Assembly: GCA_964612625.1 (NCBI GenBank) | Contig: CAZTCK010000001.1 | Location: 34,284 to 63,203, forward strand | Direction of reading: 5' to 3' | Origin: an uncultured archaeon | Lineage (GTDB): Archaea > Aenigmatarchaeota > Aenigmatarchaeia > QMZP01 > QMZT01 | Length of the DNA stretch: 28,920 nt | Shown: piece by piece, positions 1 through 9,074 of the stretch | How positions within the stretch are numbered: position 1 is the stretch's first letter | Layout: every line of letters begins with the position of its first letter | Program-made: the position numbers and the translations under genes | The notes under the pieces: model-generated | What the model saw: only the letters and a program-made list of their open reading frames with translations | The model's database searches: none | Told to the model about the DNA's origin: nothing

Positions 1-411
1 GAGTATTTTATTTTTTCCCCTGTAAGACAGGATGCTGTTCTTCAGTGTGTTTATCTTCCTTTCCCCGTACCTTTCAAAGATTTCCCCAATCCCGCAAATT
101 GTTATATCACCCTCCTTGTTGACGTTTACACATTCAACAACATTTTCGAAAAAATCGTGAGGAAGCTTTTTCTTAATCACCCTTTTTAACTTCACAAACT
201 CCTCTCTTCGCTGCTTCGCTGGAATGTTTTTTCCCGGAAGAAAATCATCATATCTTCCGGGCATGCGGAGCACTTCACCAACTTCTTTTCTGATCTCGGT
301 TATTACCCTCTCTGCGTGCATATATTCCTTCCTGTTCCTGTACGCTCCTTCTGCTGTCCCGGCCACCAACGAAAAAATCAAAAACGGCAGAACTACCTTT
401 CTATAATTCAT
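1..411 (-). CDS. Hypothetical secreted protein, partial (3' end runs off the left edge; not in the ORF track)
   Basis: Hand translation from ATG at 411 gives 137 open codons to position 1: MNYRKVVLPFLIFSLVAGTAEGAYRNRKEYMHAERVITEIRKEVGEVLRMPGRYDDFLPGK... The N-terminus looks like a Sec signal peptide (basic n-region, hydrophobic h-region, A-E-G/A cleavage region). No family recognised. Confidence 0.7.
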   Translation of the reverse strand, partial: MNYRKVVLPFLIFSLVAGTAEGAYRNRKEYMHAERVITEIRKEVGEVLRMPGRYDDFLPGKNIPAKQRREEFVKLKRVIKKKLPHDFFENVVECVNVNKEGDITICGIGEIFERYGERKINTLKNSILSYRGKNKIL

Positions 412-430
412 ACTGTTAATATTTCGACTG

Positions 431-458
431 AAAAAATAAAAACCAAAACAGATTTTGG
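431..458 (-). terminator. Probable terminator of the rpl1-rplP0-rpl12 operon
   Basis: Just after the rpl12 stop, the minus strand reads CCAAAA-tctg-TTTTGG (hairpin, 443-458) followed by TTTTTATTTTTT (431-442). Confidence 0.55.
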
Positions 459-462
459 AGAA

Positions 463-762
463 CTAGCCGAAGAGTGCCCCTAAACCTGCGGCAGCTTCTT
501 CCGCCTTCTCTTCTTCCTTTTTCTCCTCTTTCTCTTCCTTCTTCTCCTCACCCTTTGGCTGTTCTGCAGGTGCTGCTGCCTGAACCACCGAAGCACCTTT
601 TATGGCCTCGTCTATGTTGATATCCTTGAGATTTGCAACCAGTGCCTTTATCTGTGCTTCGTCCACTTTTGCTCCTGCAGCGGTCATTACCTTCTTGACG
701 TTTTCCTCATTAACTTCCTTTCCCAAAGAGTGCAGGAGTAATGCCGCGTATACCATTTCCAT
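463..762 (-). CDS. rpl12: 50S ribosomal stalk protein L12 (aP1)
   Basis: [12 protein letters not shown]-terminus, Ala-rich hinge, acidic Glu/Lys tail and C-terminal [12 protein letters not shown] typical of archaeal P1/L12. Confidence 0.97.
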   Translation of the reverse strand: MEMVYAALLLHSLGKEVNEENVKKVMTAAGAKVDEAQIKALVANLKDINIDEAIKGASVVQAAAPAEQPKGEEKKEEKEEKKEEEKAEEAAAGLGALFG

Positions 763-764
763 CT

Positions 765-1691
765 TTACCCCTCCTTTGTTGTTTTATCATCATGAGTTTC
801 TGTCTCTTTCCCCCCGCTTTCTTCCTCTGTTTCCTTCCCGGTCATTTCCAGATTCCCAACCTTCCCCTTAAGCACCTCTGCGCACGCATACGCCTTTGCG
901 AGCACGCTTCCCATAGTTTCCTTGGTAAGGATATTTGCCTCGAGTGCAACGGATATCGCCTCTTTGTGTGCCTTTGCCAGCAAGAGCGGAAGCGTCTCAG
1001 CGCTCGGAATCCCCGCATTCAGCGCAAGATTAAACGCATTTGTGTAAGCGCTTGCGATATCATTCTCGTATTTTTCTCTGGGCACAAAAAGGATATCCTT
1101 CATATATATCATGCCCCTGTCATAAACAGCTAGCAGATTCAGGGATATTTCAACCGGTTCTATCCCGAGTTTCATGAGAACGTCAGCAACAGGTTTTGTT
1201 ATTTCCTCCCCTTCTTTGACAACCACCGTGTCCTTTTTCACAACTATCTTGTCACCTTCCACCCCTGCAGGGATCTTAATTCTCTGCAGTTCCCCTATTA
1301 CAGGACCGGGCTTCAGATTGGTTGGACCTTCCTTCACTATTATATCCTTCGTGGCCACATCACCGGGTTTTGCAGGTGCGGACGATTTTGACGATTCTAT
1401 TATCTTGGCCAGTTCAAAGGGGTTGACCTCACTGAGCAGGAGCGCGGGCTGGTTTTTTATCTGTTCTTCCAGCTTTTTGAGGCCGTCTATTTTAGAGTTT
1501 TCTATTGCAAATTTCAGCGAACTTTTTCTCACCATCTTTATAACTGCTTTCCCCCTTAGCTTTTCCCTTATCTCCTGAAGCTGTCTCGCGGGAAGTTTGA
1601 ACATGTCGAGTATCCCTATTACCGGATATTTTTTAAGTTCTTCCTCGAGTTTCTTCACCGCAAGTTTTTTTCTTTCGGAAACCATCCTCAC
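765..1691 (-). CDS. rplP0: 50S ribosomal protein L10/P0 (uL10)
   Basis: [37 protein letters not shown] motifs and C-terminal helical repeats; lies between rpl1 and rpl12. Start is GTG 1691 (GTGA overlap with the rpl1 stop) or ATG 1685. Confidence 0.96.
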   Translation of the reverse strand: MRMVSERKKLAVKKLEEELKKYPVIGILDMFKLPARQLQEIREKLRGKAVIKMVRKSSLKFAIENSKIDGLKKLEEQIKNQPALLLSEVNPFELAKIIESSKSSAPAKPGDVATKDIIVKEGPTNLKPGPVIGELQRIKIPAGVEGDKIVVKKDTVVVKEGEEITKPVADVLMKLGIEPVEISLNLLAVYDRGMIYMKDILFVPREKYENDIASAYTNAFNLALNAGIPSAETLPLLLAKAHKEAISVALEANILTKETMGSVLAKAYACAEVLKGKVGNLEMTGKETEEESGGKETETHDDKTTKEG

Positions 1692-2323
1692 ACCCTAAGT
1701 TTTACAGACGGACCCATCGTAAGCTTTATGAACGCCCCCCTGATGTTTGCCCTCCCCTTCGGAAGTTTTTCCTTCACGAAATTCATGACCGCGATGACAT
1801 TCTTCATGATTTGTTCATCTTTCATATTTTCAGTTCCTACAGGAACGTGAATTACAGGAGAGTCTTTGAGCTTTATCCTTACCATCTTTTTGCTCATTTC
1901 AATGAAAGGTTTTACGCTTCCTTTTGGCGGGATGGGTTTTGGCATCTTTCCTCTTGGCCCCAAAACAACACCAAGCGTTTTGCCCACCAGCGGCATGAGC
2001 GGTGCCTCGCAGAACCACCACTCATATTCGTTTGCGTATTTTTTCAGTTTTTTCTTGTCTTTCCCCAGTTTCTCAAGTTCGTCTTTTGTCACAACCATGA
2101 CGCCTGCTTTTTTCGCTTCCGAAAGCAGAGAATCAACAATAAATATAGACTTGCTTTCCTTTCCTCTGCCCTCCGGAAGCGGGAATTCTAGATTGAGTCT
2201 GTTTTCAGGTTTTTTGAGGTCTACGTTCTTGAGACTGATTGCAAGATCCCAAGTCTGAAGAAAATTCCTCTTTTTCGCTTTTTCTTTCGCTTCCTTTATT
2301 TCCTTCAAAAACTCTTCTGCCAT
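1688..2323 (-). CDS. rpl1: 50S ribosomal protein L1 (uL1)
   Basis: KRNFLQTWDLAISLKNVDLKKPENR, LGPRGKMPKP, HVPVGTENM and KLTMGPSVK motifs of archaeal L1; strong SD upstream. Confidence 0.97.
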   Translation of the reverse strand: MAEEFLKEIKEAKEKAKKRNFLQTWDLAISLKNVDLKKPENRLNLEFPLPEGRGKESKSIFIVDSLLSEAKKAGVMVVTKDELEKLGKDKKKLKKYANEYEWWFCEAPLMPLVGKTLGVVLGPRGKMPKPIPPKGSVKPFIEMSKKMVRIKLKDSPVIHVPVGTENMKDEQIMKNVIAVMNFVKEKLPKGRANIRGAFIKLTMGPSVKLRV

Positions 2324-2326
2324 GAT

Positions 2327-2336
2327 TCAACCTCCT
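2327..2336 (-). promoter_or_regulatory. Shine-Dalgarno site of rpl1 (AGGAGGTTGA)
   Basis: Minus strand reads AGGAGGTTGA-atc-ATG; the identical decamer precedes dnaG (5871-5880). Confidence 0.75.
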
Positions 2337-2391
2337 GCTTACGCAGTAAACGGTCAGATTCTTAATTGTTGTATGCGAATGTATTTAAATA

Positions 2392-2829
2392 TTACGCAAG
2401 AATCAGCCAGGCCATATAAAGAAGGAAGAGATGCCTGAGAGGAAGAATTACATGTCTTTTTTTCACAACAGAGACGATGGAAAGAATGCAGTTAATGGTA
2501 AAAAGACAAAACCAGGGCGGAAACATCGCGAAAATTATACCCTCCGAGAGCCTGTCGCTGGTGAGGTCAACAAAATAGCCTTCTTCGGATGCCCTGCCAA
2601 ACTTCCTGGCTACTAATCCGTCAAGCCAGTCGAGAATGAGCACAGAAAGAAGAAACAGCAGCGAGAAAGGCGGGAATGTCCTGAACGCCACAAGAAAACC
2701 CAAAGAAAGGATGACCGAAAGCCCGGAGAGTATGCTGGGCTCAACGTTCGGAAGGGGGAGGAAGAGACCTATTCCGTCCAGGGTTTTTCTTATTTTTTTC
2801 ACAAAGCCAAACTTGCTGTTTTCAGACAA
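2392..2829 (-). CDS. CDP-alcohol phosphatidyltransferase family protein
   Basis: Signature D-x2-DG-x2-AR-x8-G-x3-D-x3-D in DWLDGLVARKFGRASEEGYFVDLTSD; hydrophobic. TTG start after GGGGTG. Substrate cannot be assigned from sequence. Confidence 0.85.
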   Translation of the reverse strand: MSENSKFGFVKKIRKTLDGIGLFLPLPNVEPSILSGLSVILSLGFLVAFRTFPPFSLLFLLSVLILDWLDGLVARKFGRASEEGYFVDLTSDRLSEGIIFAMFPPWFCLFTINCILSIVSVVKKRHVILPLRHLFLLYMAWLILA

Positions 2830-3266
2830 AACAACACCCCCGCAACGATTGTTAAGGAAATTTCGAATACAACTTTATTTCTGTACGTGTAAGGAGATAT
2901 GTGGAGGAACACAACCTTATCGGAGTACGGATAGAACGGCATTGATTTCCCGGTAATGAAATCAATTGCGAAATGAAGTATCACACACACTGCCCCGATG
3001 CTGACAGCCGAGGGGTCAAAAAATATATATGCTGCACAAAAAAGTGCTGAAAAGACGGAAAGTCCGTACATTTCATGAAATCTTGTCCTTGCCTCTGCCC
3101 CGAACCTTCTTTTCACCACCCCTCCCCTGACTTTTAAAAGATACGGGATATGTGTCAGATCTATGAGGACAGACGCCAGAAATATGAGCACCACGTATTT
3201 CCATGCGTTACCAAAAGCGAAATCAACTACAAGGTAGTTGAACAGAAAATGAAAAAGAGGATTCAT
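2799..3266 (-). CDS. Membrane-bound metal-dependent hydrolase (YdjM/DUF457-like)
   Basis: N-terminal His (FHFL), ASVLIDLTH, RTRFHE, HFAIDF and PFYP pattern with transmembrane segments; 4-nt overlap with the cca stop. Confidence 0.7.
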   Translation of the reverse strand: MNPLFHFLFNYLVVDFAFGNAWKYVVLIFLASVLIDLTHIPYLLKVRGGVVKRRFGAEARTRFHEMYGLSVFSALFCAAYIFFDPSAVSIGAVCVILHFAIDFITGKSMPFYPYSDKVVFLHISPYTYRNKVVFEISLTIVAGVLFCLKTASLAL

Positions 3267-4642
3267 GTTCTCCTCCTGAAATATTTCCCGAGGAACACTG
3301 AAAACTCCCTGTCTCTTGCAATCAGTTTTTCAACATCCCCGGTTTTCAGTATCCTGAAGCCCTTTGAGATACCCTCTGCTATATGCGATCTGACTCCGTC
3401 CTCGAGCAGTTTCTTTCTGCTTCTTGAGAGAAAACTCTCAAGAAGTTTTCCGAATTCCCTGTACTTTCTCTTTACTTCAGCCACCCATCTGCTGCCTTCG
3501 ATGTGCGCTTTATTCCCGTATTTTTCCCTGAATTCTTTTACGTGTTTTGCGGAACGAACCGGCGGGCCATTCACCTTCCTGATTTCAGGGAGTTTCCACG
3601 TTTTCATTTCCAGGAGCATATAAGAGGATTTCTCGTCGCTCCACACCTCGGTCATGAAAACTTCAAATTCGTTATCATGCGCGAGATTCACAATTCTGTT
3701 CATGGTCTTTCTCATCTGTGCCCAGAGAATATCATCAACAACAGGCGGTCTCTTGAATTTCACCACGAAAAGCTCAGTTCCCCTCTCTTTCAGGACTTTT
3801 CTTAACTCATTTCTCTTCATAGGAATTTTTTCTATTTCAAAAAACCTTTCCGAAGGTTTTTCGACAAACTTTCTGCATGTTTCTACAAACTTTGCGAAGT
3901 TCCCTTCGGAGAGAGCCGCAGCCACATTTCTCTTGGGGTCGGTAGGGTCTATGACTATAAGCGGCTGGCCTCTGAAATAGTCCTCGGGCCTTTCTATGGC
4001 GGAATGGCCCTCAAGGTCTATGAATTCTCCGAATTTCCAGTTTCTTGCGGATTTAACGAGGTTTTTGAATGTTCTGTATTTTATGATAAGAAGTTCACAA
4101 AGATACCCGGAGAATCCCTGCGTGCGTATATCAGACCCGTAAACATCCATTGCCTTGCAGAACTGCTTCAACAGCCTAACCTCTTTTGACATTTCAGGTC
4201 TGAGGTGTTTCAGTACGTAATTGTTGTGGAATGGTGTACGGTCAACAGCAGATTTTATTTTGGAGGCAGATTTTACCCTGTAACACGGCACGATATCAAG
4301 AGAAAAGCCGTTCACCTTTCCCTTGACATACGGATGTTCGGCATACGAAATCTCGTATCTGCCGCCAAGTTTCTTTACGATTTTCCTTCCGATATCAAGA
4401 CCAGTTTTTTCGAGTTTCTCTCTCGGATACGATACAGGGAACATTATGAATATGTCTATTTCCTTTTTGTCTGTGAGCCATGTGTCGCGGATAAGCGAAC
4501 CCGCAAGTGTTTTCTCGAGACCGAGTGGTTTTATTACAGCGTCTACCGCATCAAGAACCCTTTTCAGAACACATGAAAGTTCACGTCTTTCCTTTTCATT
4601 CGGGGTTATTCTTCTGATCACTTTCTTCAGAATGGTGTCCAT
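3263..4642 (-). CDS. cca: Class I (archaeal) CCA-adding tRNA nucleotidyltransferase
   Basis: GSLIRDTWL..KEIDIF, YAEHPYV, DIVPCY, SAVDRTPFH, GFSGYLCELL and DPTDPKRNVAAA motifs. Confidence 0.97.
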   Translation of the reverse strand: MDTILKKVIRRITPNEKERRELSCVLKRVLDAVDAVIKPLGLEKTLAGSLIRDTWLTDKKEIDIFIMFPVSYPREKLEKTGLDIGRKIVKKLGGRYEISYAEHPYVKGKVNGFSLDIVPCYRVKSASKIKSAVDRTPFHNNYVLKHLRPEMSKEVRLLKQFCKAMDVYGSDIRTQGFSGYLCELLIIKYRTFKNLVKSARNWKFGEFIDLEGHSAIERPEDYFRGQPLIVIDPTDPKRNVAAALSEGNFAKFVETCRKFVEKPSERFFEIEKIPMKRNELRKVLKERGTELFVVKFKRPPVVDDILWAQMRKTMNRIVNLAHDNEFEVFMTEVWSDEKSSYMLLEMKTWKLPEIRKVNGPPVRSAKHVKEFREKYGNKAHIEGSRWVAEVKRKYREFGKLLESFLSRSRKKLLEDGVRSHIAEGISKGFRILKTGDVEKLIARDREFSVFLGKYFRRRT

Positions 4643-4691
4643 AATAAACTATTTATTTCGCTCCAATTAAAATAAAGTGTCTGGTGTCCGC

Positions 4692-5519
4692 ATGCATGCA
4701 CGAAAAACGATACTGGATGAGATTGTTGATACCGAAAGACCAGTAACCTGTATATGTCCGGAAAGCCCGGTTGTGTGCAGAAAAGATTCCAGCATAAAGG
4801 ATGTTCTTAAAATCATGCTCGGGAAAAAGTACAGAAAACTTCCGGTACTTGACAAATCAGGGCGTTTAAAAGGTGTTATTACCTCTGTAGACATGCTGAA
4901 TCTTCTCGGCGGCGGCGAAAAATACAGGACATTCAGGAGATGCAGGGAAAGCCTCAGAGCAAAGATTGAAAAATTCATGACAGACCGTGCGGCAACAATA
5001 GAACCGAAGACGAGCATAGGCGAAGCTGCAGATGTTTTCAGAAAGGAGGGCAGGGGATTTTATCCGGTTGCTGATTCGGGAAGGATAGTATCTGTTGTTT
5101 CCGAATGGGATATCGTGAAACTGCTGAAAAAACCGACAGGAATTAAGGTTTATGAGGTTATGTCAGAAAGGCCGATTGTGGCAAGGGGAGACTACATAGT
5201 ATACGATACTGCTAAAATGATATGCAGGGGAGGCTTCAGGAGATTGCCGGTTGTCGAAAACGGGATACTGACAGGAATAGTGACACCAACCGATATTCTC
5301 AACCATTTCATAAGGGGCGGATCAAAAAACCTTCTGCATGACGCAACACCCCTGGAGATGATTATGAAGAAGAATGTGGTGACGGTCAGTCCGGATGAAG
5401 ACATCTTTTCTGCGGTAAAAACCATGAAAGGCAGGAGAGTCGGAGGCATGCCTGTTGTGGAAGACGAGGAACTTCTTGGTATAATAACCGAGAGGGACAT
5501 ACTGGATGTAATCGCATGA
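4692..5519 (+). CDS. Four-CBS-domain (two Bateman module) protein
   Basis: Repeated CBS motifs (YRKLPVLD..GVITSVD; GFYPVAD..VVSEWD; FRRLPVVE..GIVTPTD; VGGMPVVE..GIITERD). ATG 4692 preferred over the track's GTG 4677. Confidence 0.9.
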   Translation: MHARKTILDEIVDTERPVTCICPESPVVCRKDSSIKDVLKIMLGKKYRKLPVLDKSGRLKGVITSVDMLNLLGGGEKYRTFRRCRESLRAKIEKFMTDRAATIEPKTSIGEAADVFRKEGRGFYPVADSGRIVSVVSEWDIVKLLKKPTGIKVYEVMSERPIVARGDYIVYDTAKMICRGGFRRLPVVENGILTGIVTPTDILNHFIRGGSKNLLHDATPLEMIMKKNVVTVSPDEDIFSAVKTMKGRRVGGMPVVEDEELLGIITERDILDVIA

Positions 5520-5965
5520 AAAAAATAGACGAAGAGGAAATGAACAGAATTATAGAAGAACTGAAAGACGCCCTTGTTGTGGTAGAGGGCAAAAGAGACG
5601 AAAAAGCTTTAAAAAGCCTCGGGGTGAAAGATATTATTACCATCGACGGGAAACCGCTTTACGAAGTGGCTGAAATCCTATCGAGGTCAAAAAAGGACAT
5701 AGTCATACTGACAGATTTCGACAGAAAGGGCAGGGAGATGAGAAATAAGCTGAGAAACCTGCTCCAGAGACGCGGGAAACATCCCAATTCAAAATTAAGA
5801 GGAAAGATAATGTCTTTGGGAAGAAACAAAATCGAAGACTTCGGAAATCTTGATATCCGAAGCTCTCTTAAGGAGGTTGATGTTTATGTCAAAACTTGCA
5901 CCAAGTTCAATAAAATACGTGATAAAAGCGGAAATAGACGCAAAAGGGGTAATAGAGAAACCTGA
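5516..5965 (+). CDS. Small stand-alone Toprim-domain protein (RNase M5/primase-like)
   Basis: VVVEGKRD and ILTDFDRKG (conserved E and DxD); ATGA coupling to the CBS gene; 3' tail overlaps dnaG. Confidence 0.88.
   Translation: MKKIDEEEMNRIIEELKDALVVVEGKRDEKALKSLGVKDIITIDGKPLYEVAEILSRSKKDIVILTDFDRKGREMRNKLRNLLQRRGKHPNSKLRGKIMSLGRNKIEDFGNLDIRSSLKEVDVYVKTCTKFNKIRDKSGNRRKRGNRET
5871..5880 (+). promoter_or_regulatory. Shine-Dalgarno site of dnaG
   Basis: AGGAGGTTGA with ATG 5886 at canonical spacing. Confidence 0.7.
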
Positions 5966-7070
5966 TGTTATAGGGGCTATTTTTGGTCAGACCGAGGGTT
6001 TGCTCGGTCCGGATCTCGACCTCAGGGAGCTCCAGAGAACCGGGAGAATAGGGAGGATCGAGGTCAACATAAAATCGGAGAAGGGCAAATCACACGGGGA
6101 GATTATAATACCTTCTTCTCTTGACTCAGCCGAGACAGCCCTTATAGCAGCAACGCTCGAAACTATAGAAAGGGTAGGTCCCTGCTCGGCAAAGATAACG
6201 CTGAAATCAGTAGAAGATACAAGAGAAGCAAAAAGAAAATTTGTGGTGGAAAAGGCCAAAGCGATACTCAAGGAATTGCTTGACAAGGGCATACCGGATA
6301 CGTCAAAAATAGCAGAGGAGATAAAGGAGGAGATAAAGACCTACGAAATAACAACATATCACGGACTTCCGTGCGGCCCCAACCTTCTTGACTCAGAAGA
6401 GATAATCATCGTTGAGGGAAGGGCAGACGTGATAAACCTCGTGAAGTACGGAATAAAGAATGTAATAGCCATAGAAGGGAGTTCGATTCCGCAGGCTATA
6501 ATTGACCTTTCGAAAGAGAAGATAACAACAGCATTCCTCGATTCGGACAGGGGAGGAGACCTGAACCTCAAAAGCCTGCTGGAAACCGCGGACTTGGATT
6601 ATGTAGCCATCGCTCCCGAAGGAAAGGAGGTGGAGGAACTCTCGAAGAAGGAGGTTTTCAAGGCACTGAGAGAAAAGGTTTCTGCTTCTCAGTTCAAGAT
6701 GGAAAAGCACAACCAGGCAGACAGGAAGGAAAAACTACCTGCCAGACAATTTGCAAAACCACAGCCGAAAACAGCAAAGATAACAGAGGAACAGAGAAAA
6801 ATTTTCAAAAAAACCCTGGACGAGCTCATAGGGACACGCGCTGCGTGTATTTTTGATTCAGACTTCAATCTGCTCGGGAAGGTCCCGCTGAAGGAGCTGC
6901 AAAACACGCTGAAAACACTGGACAATCCGTATGCGGTGATATTTGACGGCAAGGTGGATTACAAACTGGATATGATCGCCAGAAGGAAGGGTATAAAGTT
7001 TCTTGTGGGGATGGAAAAGGAGAGAATGAAATCGCATATAAACATACTCTCCAAGGAAGACCTATCATAA
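5886..7070 (+). CDS. dnaG: Archaeal DnaG-type primase (exosome-associated DnaG)
   Basis: KYVIKA..GVIEKPDVIGAIFGQTEGLLG.DLDLRELQ.TGRIGRI, ETALIAATLETIERVGPC, IIVEGRADV and DSDRGG. Start placed at ATG 5886 from the SD. Confidence 0.96.
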   Translation: MSKLAPSSIKYVIKAEIDAKGVIEKPDVIGAIFGQTEGLLGPDLDLRELQRTGRIGRIEVNIKSEKGKSHGEIIIPSSLDSAETALIAATLETIERVGPCSAKITLKSVEDTREAKRKFVVEKAKAILKELLDKGIPDTSKIAEEIKEEIKTYEITTYHGLPCGPNLLDSEEIIIVEGRADVINLVKYGIKNVIAIEGSSIPQAIIDLSKEKITTAFLDSDRGGDLNLKSLLETADLDYVAIAPEGKEVEELSKKEVFKALREKVSASQFKMEKHNQADRKEKLPARQFAKPQPKTAKITEEQRKIFKKTLDELIGTRAACIFDSDFNLLGKVPLKELQNTLKTLDNPYAVIFDGKVDYKLDMIARRKGIKFLVGMEKERMKSHINILSKEDLS

Positions 7071-7110
7071 TTTATTAGGACATAACCCCAAATATTTAAA
7101 CGGCGGAAAC

Positions 7111-8148
7111 ATGGAAAATTTGCTCAGAAAACTCGTTGGTTCGTCCTCTGTTTCAGGATCCGAAGAAAACGTAAGGAATGTTATAGCAAAAGAAATCAAA
7201 CCATACGTAGATGAAATACGGGTTGACAGGATAGGCAATCTTATCTGCAGAAAGGGTTCAGGCAGCCCGAAAATCATGCTGTGTGCCCACATGGACGAAG
7301 TGGGGCTGATTGTGAAGTATATAGACGAAAAGGGATTTATAAGATTCGAACCTGTTGGGGGGTGGGACCCGAAGATACTTCTGGCCCAGAAATTCAAGAT
7401 ACATGGCTCCAAAGGCCCGGTTGTCGGGGTAGTTGGTTCAAAACCGGTTCATCTGCAGGATAAAGAAGAAGAGAGAAAACCGCCAAAAATCAGTGACATG
7501 TTCATAGACGTTGGTGCGAAGGACAGGAAACACGTGGAAAGACTTGGTATAAACGTGGGGGATTTCATAACACATTACACCGATTTCAACAAACTGGCAG
7601 GCTCGAGGGTGACGGGACACGGCTTTGATGACCGCATAGGATGTCTGGTTATGATAGAGGTTATGAAAAATCTCAAGAAGTTCAGGGGTACGGTATACGC
7701 GGTGGGAACGGTGAAAGAGGAAATAGGGCTTGTTGGTGTGAGGGGTTCTGCATTCAGTATAAAGCCTGATGTTGTTATAGCAATTGACACCACAATATCT
7801 GGTGATACACCGGAACTTAAACCCCACGAGGCTGTCACAAAAATAGGGGAAGGTCCAGCTCTGGTCATAAAGGACGCAATAAGTGTTATACAGAGAGAAA
7901 TGAAAAACTGGGTCAAAGATGTTGCAAAGAGAAGCGGGGTTAAACTCCAGTTCGATGTACTTTCAGGAGGTGCAACAGACGCCTCCGTAACCCCCATGGT
8001 CGGGGAGGGTATACCTTCACTTTCAATTCTCGTACCTTCACGTTACATACACACTCCGGTAGAAGTTGCCGATATGAATGATGTGAAAGATACCATAAAA
8101 CTCGTGACAGAACTGGTGAAATCGGCTCACAAGAAATTTGTTTCATAA
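7111..8148 (+). CDS. M42 family aminopeptidase (TET/Frv-like)
   Basis: AHMDEVG, FDDRIGC, EEIGLVG, IDTT, GGATDA and RYIHTP metal-ligand motifs. Confidence 0.94.
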   Translation: MENLLRKLVGSSSVSGSEENVRNVIAKEIKPYVDEIRVDRIGNLICRKGSGSPKIMLCAHMDEVGLIVKYIDEKGFIRFEPVGGWDPKILLAQKFKIHGSKGPVVGVVGSKPVHLQDKEEERKPPKISDMFIDVGAKDRKHVERLGINVGDFITHYTDFNKLAGSRVTGHGFDDRIGCLVMIEVMKNLKKFRGTVYAVGTVKEEIGLVGVRGSAFSIKPDVVIAIDTTISGDTPELKPHEAVTKIGEGPALVIKDAISVIQREMKNWVKDVAKRSGVKLQFDVLSGGATDASVTPMVGEGIPSLSILVPSRYIHTPVEVADMNDVKDTIKLVTELVKSAHKKFVS

Positions 8149-8532
8149 AATTTTCACATTTCCGTGTACAGGTATAACTTCAAGTTCTCCTCTGTATATC
8201 TGCACACTGCCAACGATATTAATATGTGCGCCATCTTTTATGCTTTCGATGTCAACACCCTTTATTTTCAGGGCATCCAGAGTATCTTCCCACAGAACAA
8301 CTTTCACACTCCCGGTTTCATCTTGGAGTGTGAAGAAGACATGACCACCATTTCTAAAAACACCTCTTACCTGTCCGGTAACATTCACAATTTTTCCCGT
8401 ATATGATTTGTCCAGTTCTCCTATTTTCACGTGAAGTGATGATACAGAGAGGGTGAGGAGGTATATGAGAATAATGCAAAACACAGAACCTGTTGCCGAT
8501 ATTTTTGCCATACTTCTTTCATTCATCTTCAC
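8143..8532 (-). CDS. Membrane-anchored OB-fold nucleic-acid-binding protein
   Basis: N-terminal hydrophobic anchor (SVFCIILIYLL), then VNVTGQVRGV..GGHVFFTLQDETGSVKVVLW..NIVGSVQIYRGELEVI (OB fold of the tRNA_anti/RecJ type). GTGA coupling to thpR; alternative ATG 8526. Confidence 0.8.
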   Translation of the reverse strand: MKMNERSMAKISATGSVFCIILIYLLTLSVSSLHVKIGELDKSYTGKIVNVTGQVRGVFRNGGHVFFTLQDETGSVKVVLWEDTLDALKIKGVDIESIKDGAHINIVGSVQIYRGELEVIPVHGNVKIL

Positions 8533-9074
8533 AGCCTGAGCTTGAATACAGCCAAATCTTCATATACTGGCCCATTTTTTGTGAGGGTGCTCGATTTAAG
8601 TTTCACCTCTTTCACGTACATTTCACCTATATCCGCATCTTTCATCTTCTCTATAAAATTAAGCAGAATTTCCCTATTTTTCCCCGACCTGACCCTTCCT
8701 ATTGTCATATGAGGTGTGAGTTTCGCATCCCCAATCTTCACGTTTTCATTCACGCTCTTCATGAGAGATACAAATTCATCTCTTCCTTCCCCGATACCAA
8801 GCCATATAGCCCTTATGTAGTTCGCATTTCCAAAAAATCCCATGCCCTTTACACGTATTTTGAACGTGCCCTTTCCCTCAATACTTTTTTTGATAAGGTC
8901 TCCTATCCTTTTCACTTCTTCACACTTCACGTCACCGAGAAACTTAATCGTGAAATGAAGATTGGATGACTCAACAAATTTCACATCTACGTTTAGCCGT
9001 TCTATCTCTTTCTGAATCCCGGACACTTTATTTGCGAGTTTCCTGTCCAAATCAACCGAAATAAAACACCTCAT
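8529..9074 (-). CDS. thpR: RNA 2',3'-cyclic phosphodiesterase / 2'-5' RNA ligase (2H phosphoesterase, LigT/ThpR)
   Basis: MRCFISVDL start, two HxT motifs (NLHFTIKF, PHMTIGR) and C-terminal SSTLTKNGPVYE. Confidence 0.93.
   Translation of the reverse strand: MRCFISVDLDRKLANKVSGIQKEIERLNVDVKFVESSNLHFTIKFLGDVKCEEVKRIGDLIKKSIEGKGTFKIRVKGMGFFGNANYIRAIWLGIGEGRDEFVSLMKSVNENVKIGDAKLTPHMTIGRVRSGKNREILLNFIEKMKDADIGEMYVKEVKLKSSTLTKNGPVYEDLAVFKLRL

Noticed and set aside
741-1133. 130-aa plus-strand ORF and other short plus-strand ORFs over rplP0/rpl1
   Set aside because: Antisense shadows of conserved ribosomal protein genes with no recognisable motifs.
2240-2323. Possible Methanococcus-type L1 autoregulatory site at the start of rpl1
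   Set aside because: The region encodes similar amino acids, but the helix-internal loop-helix pairing could not be built from this A-rich sequence.
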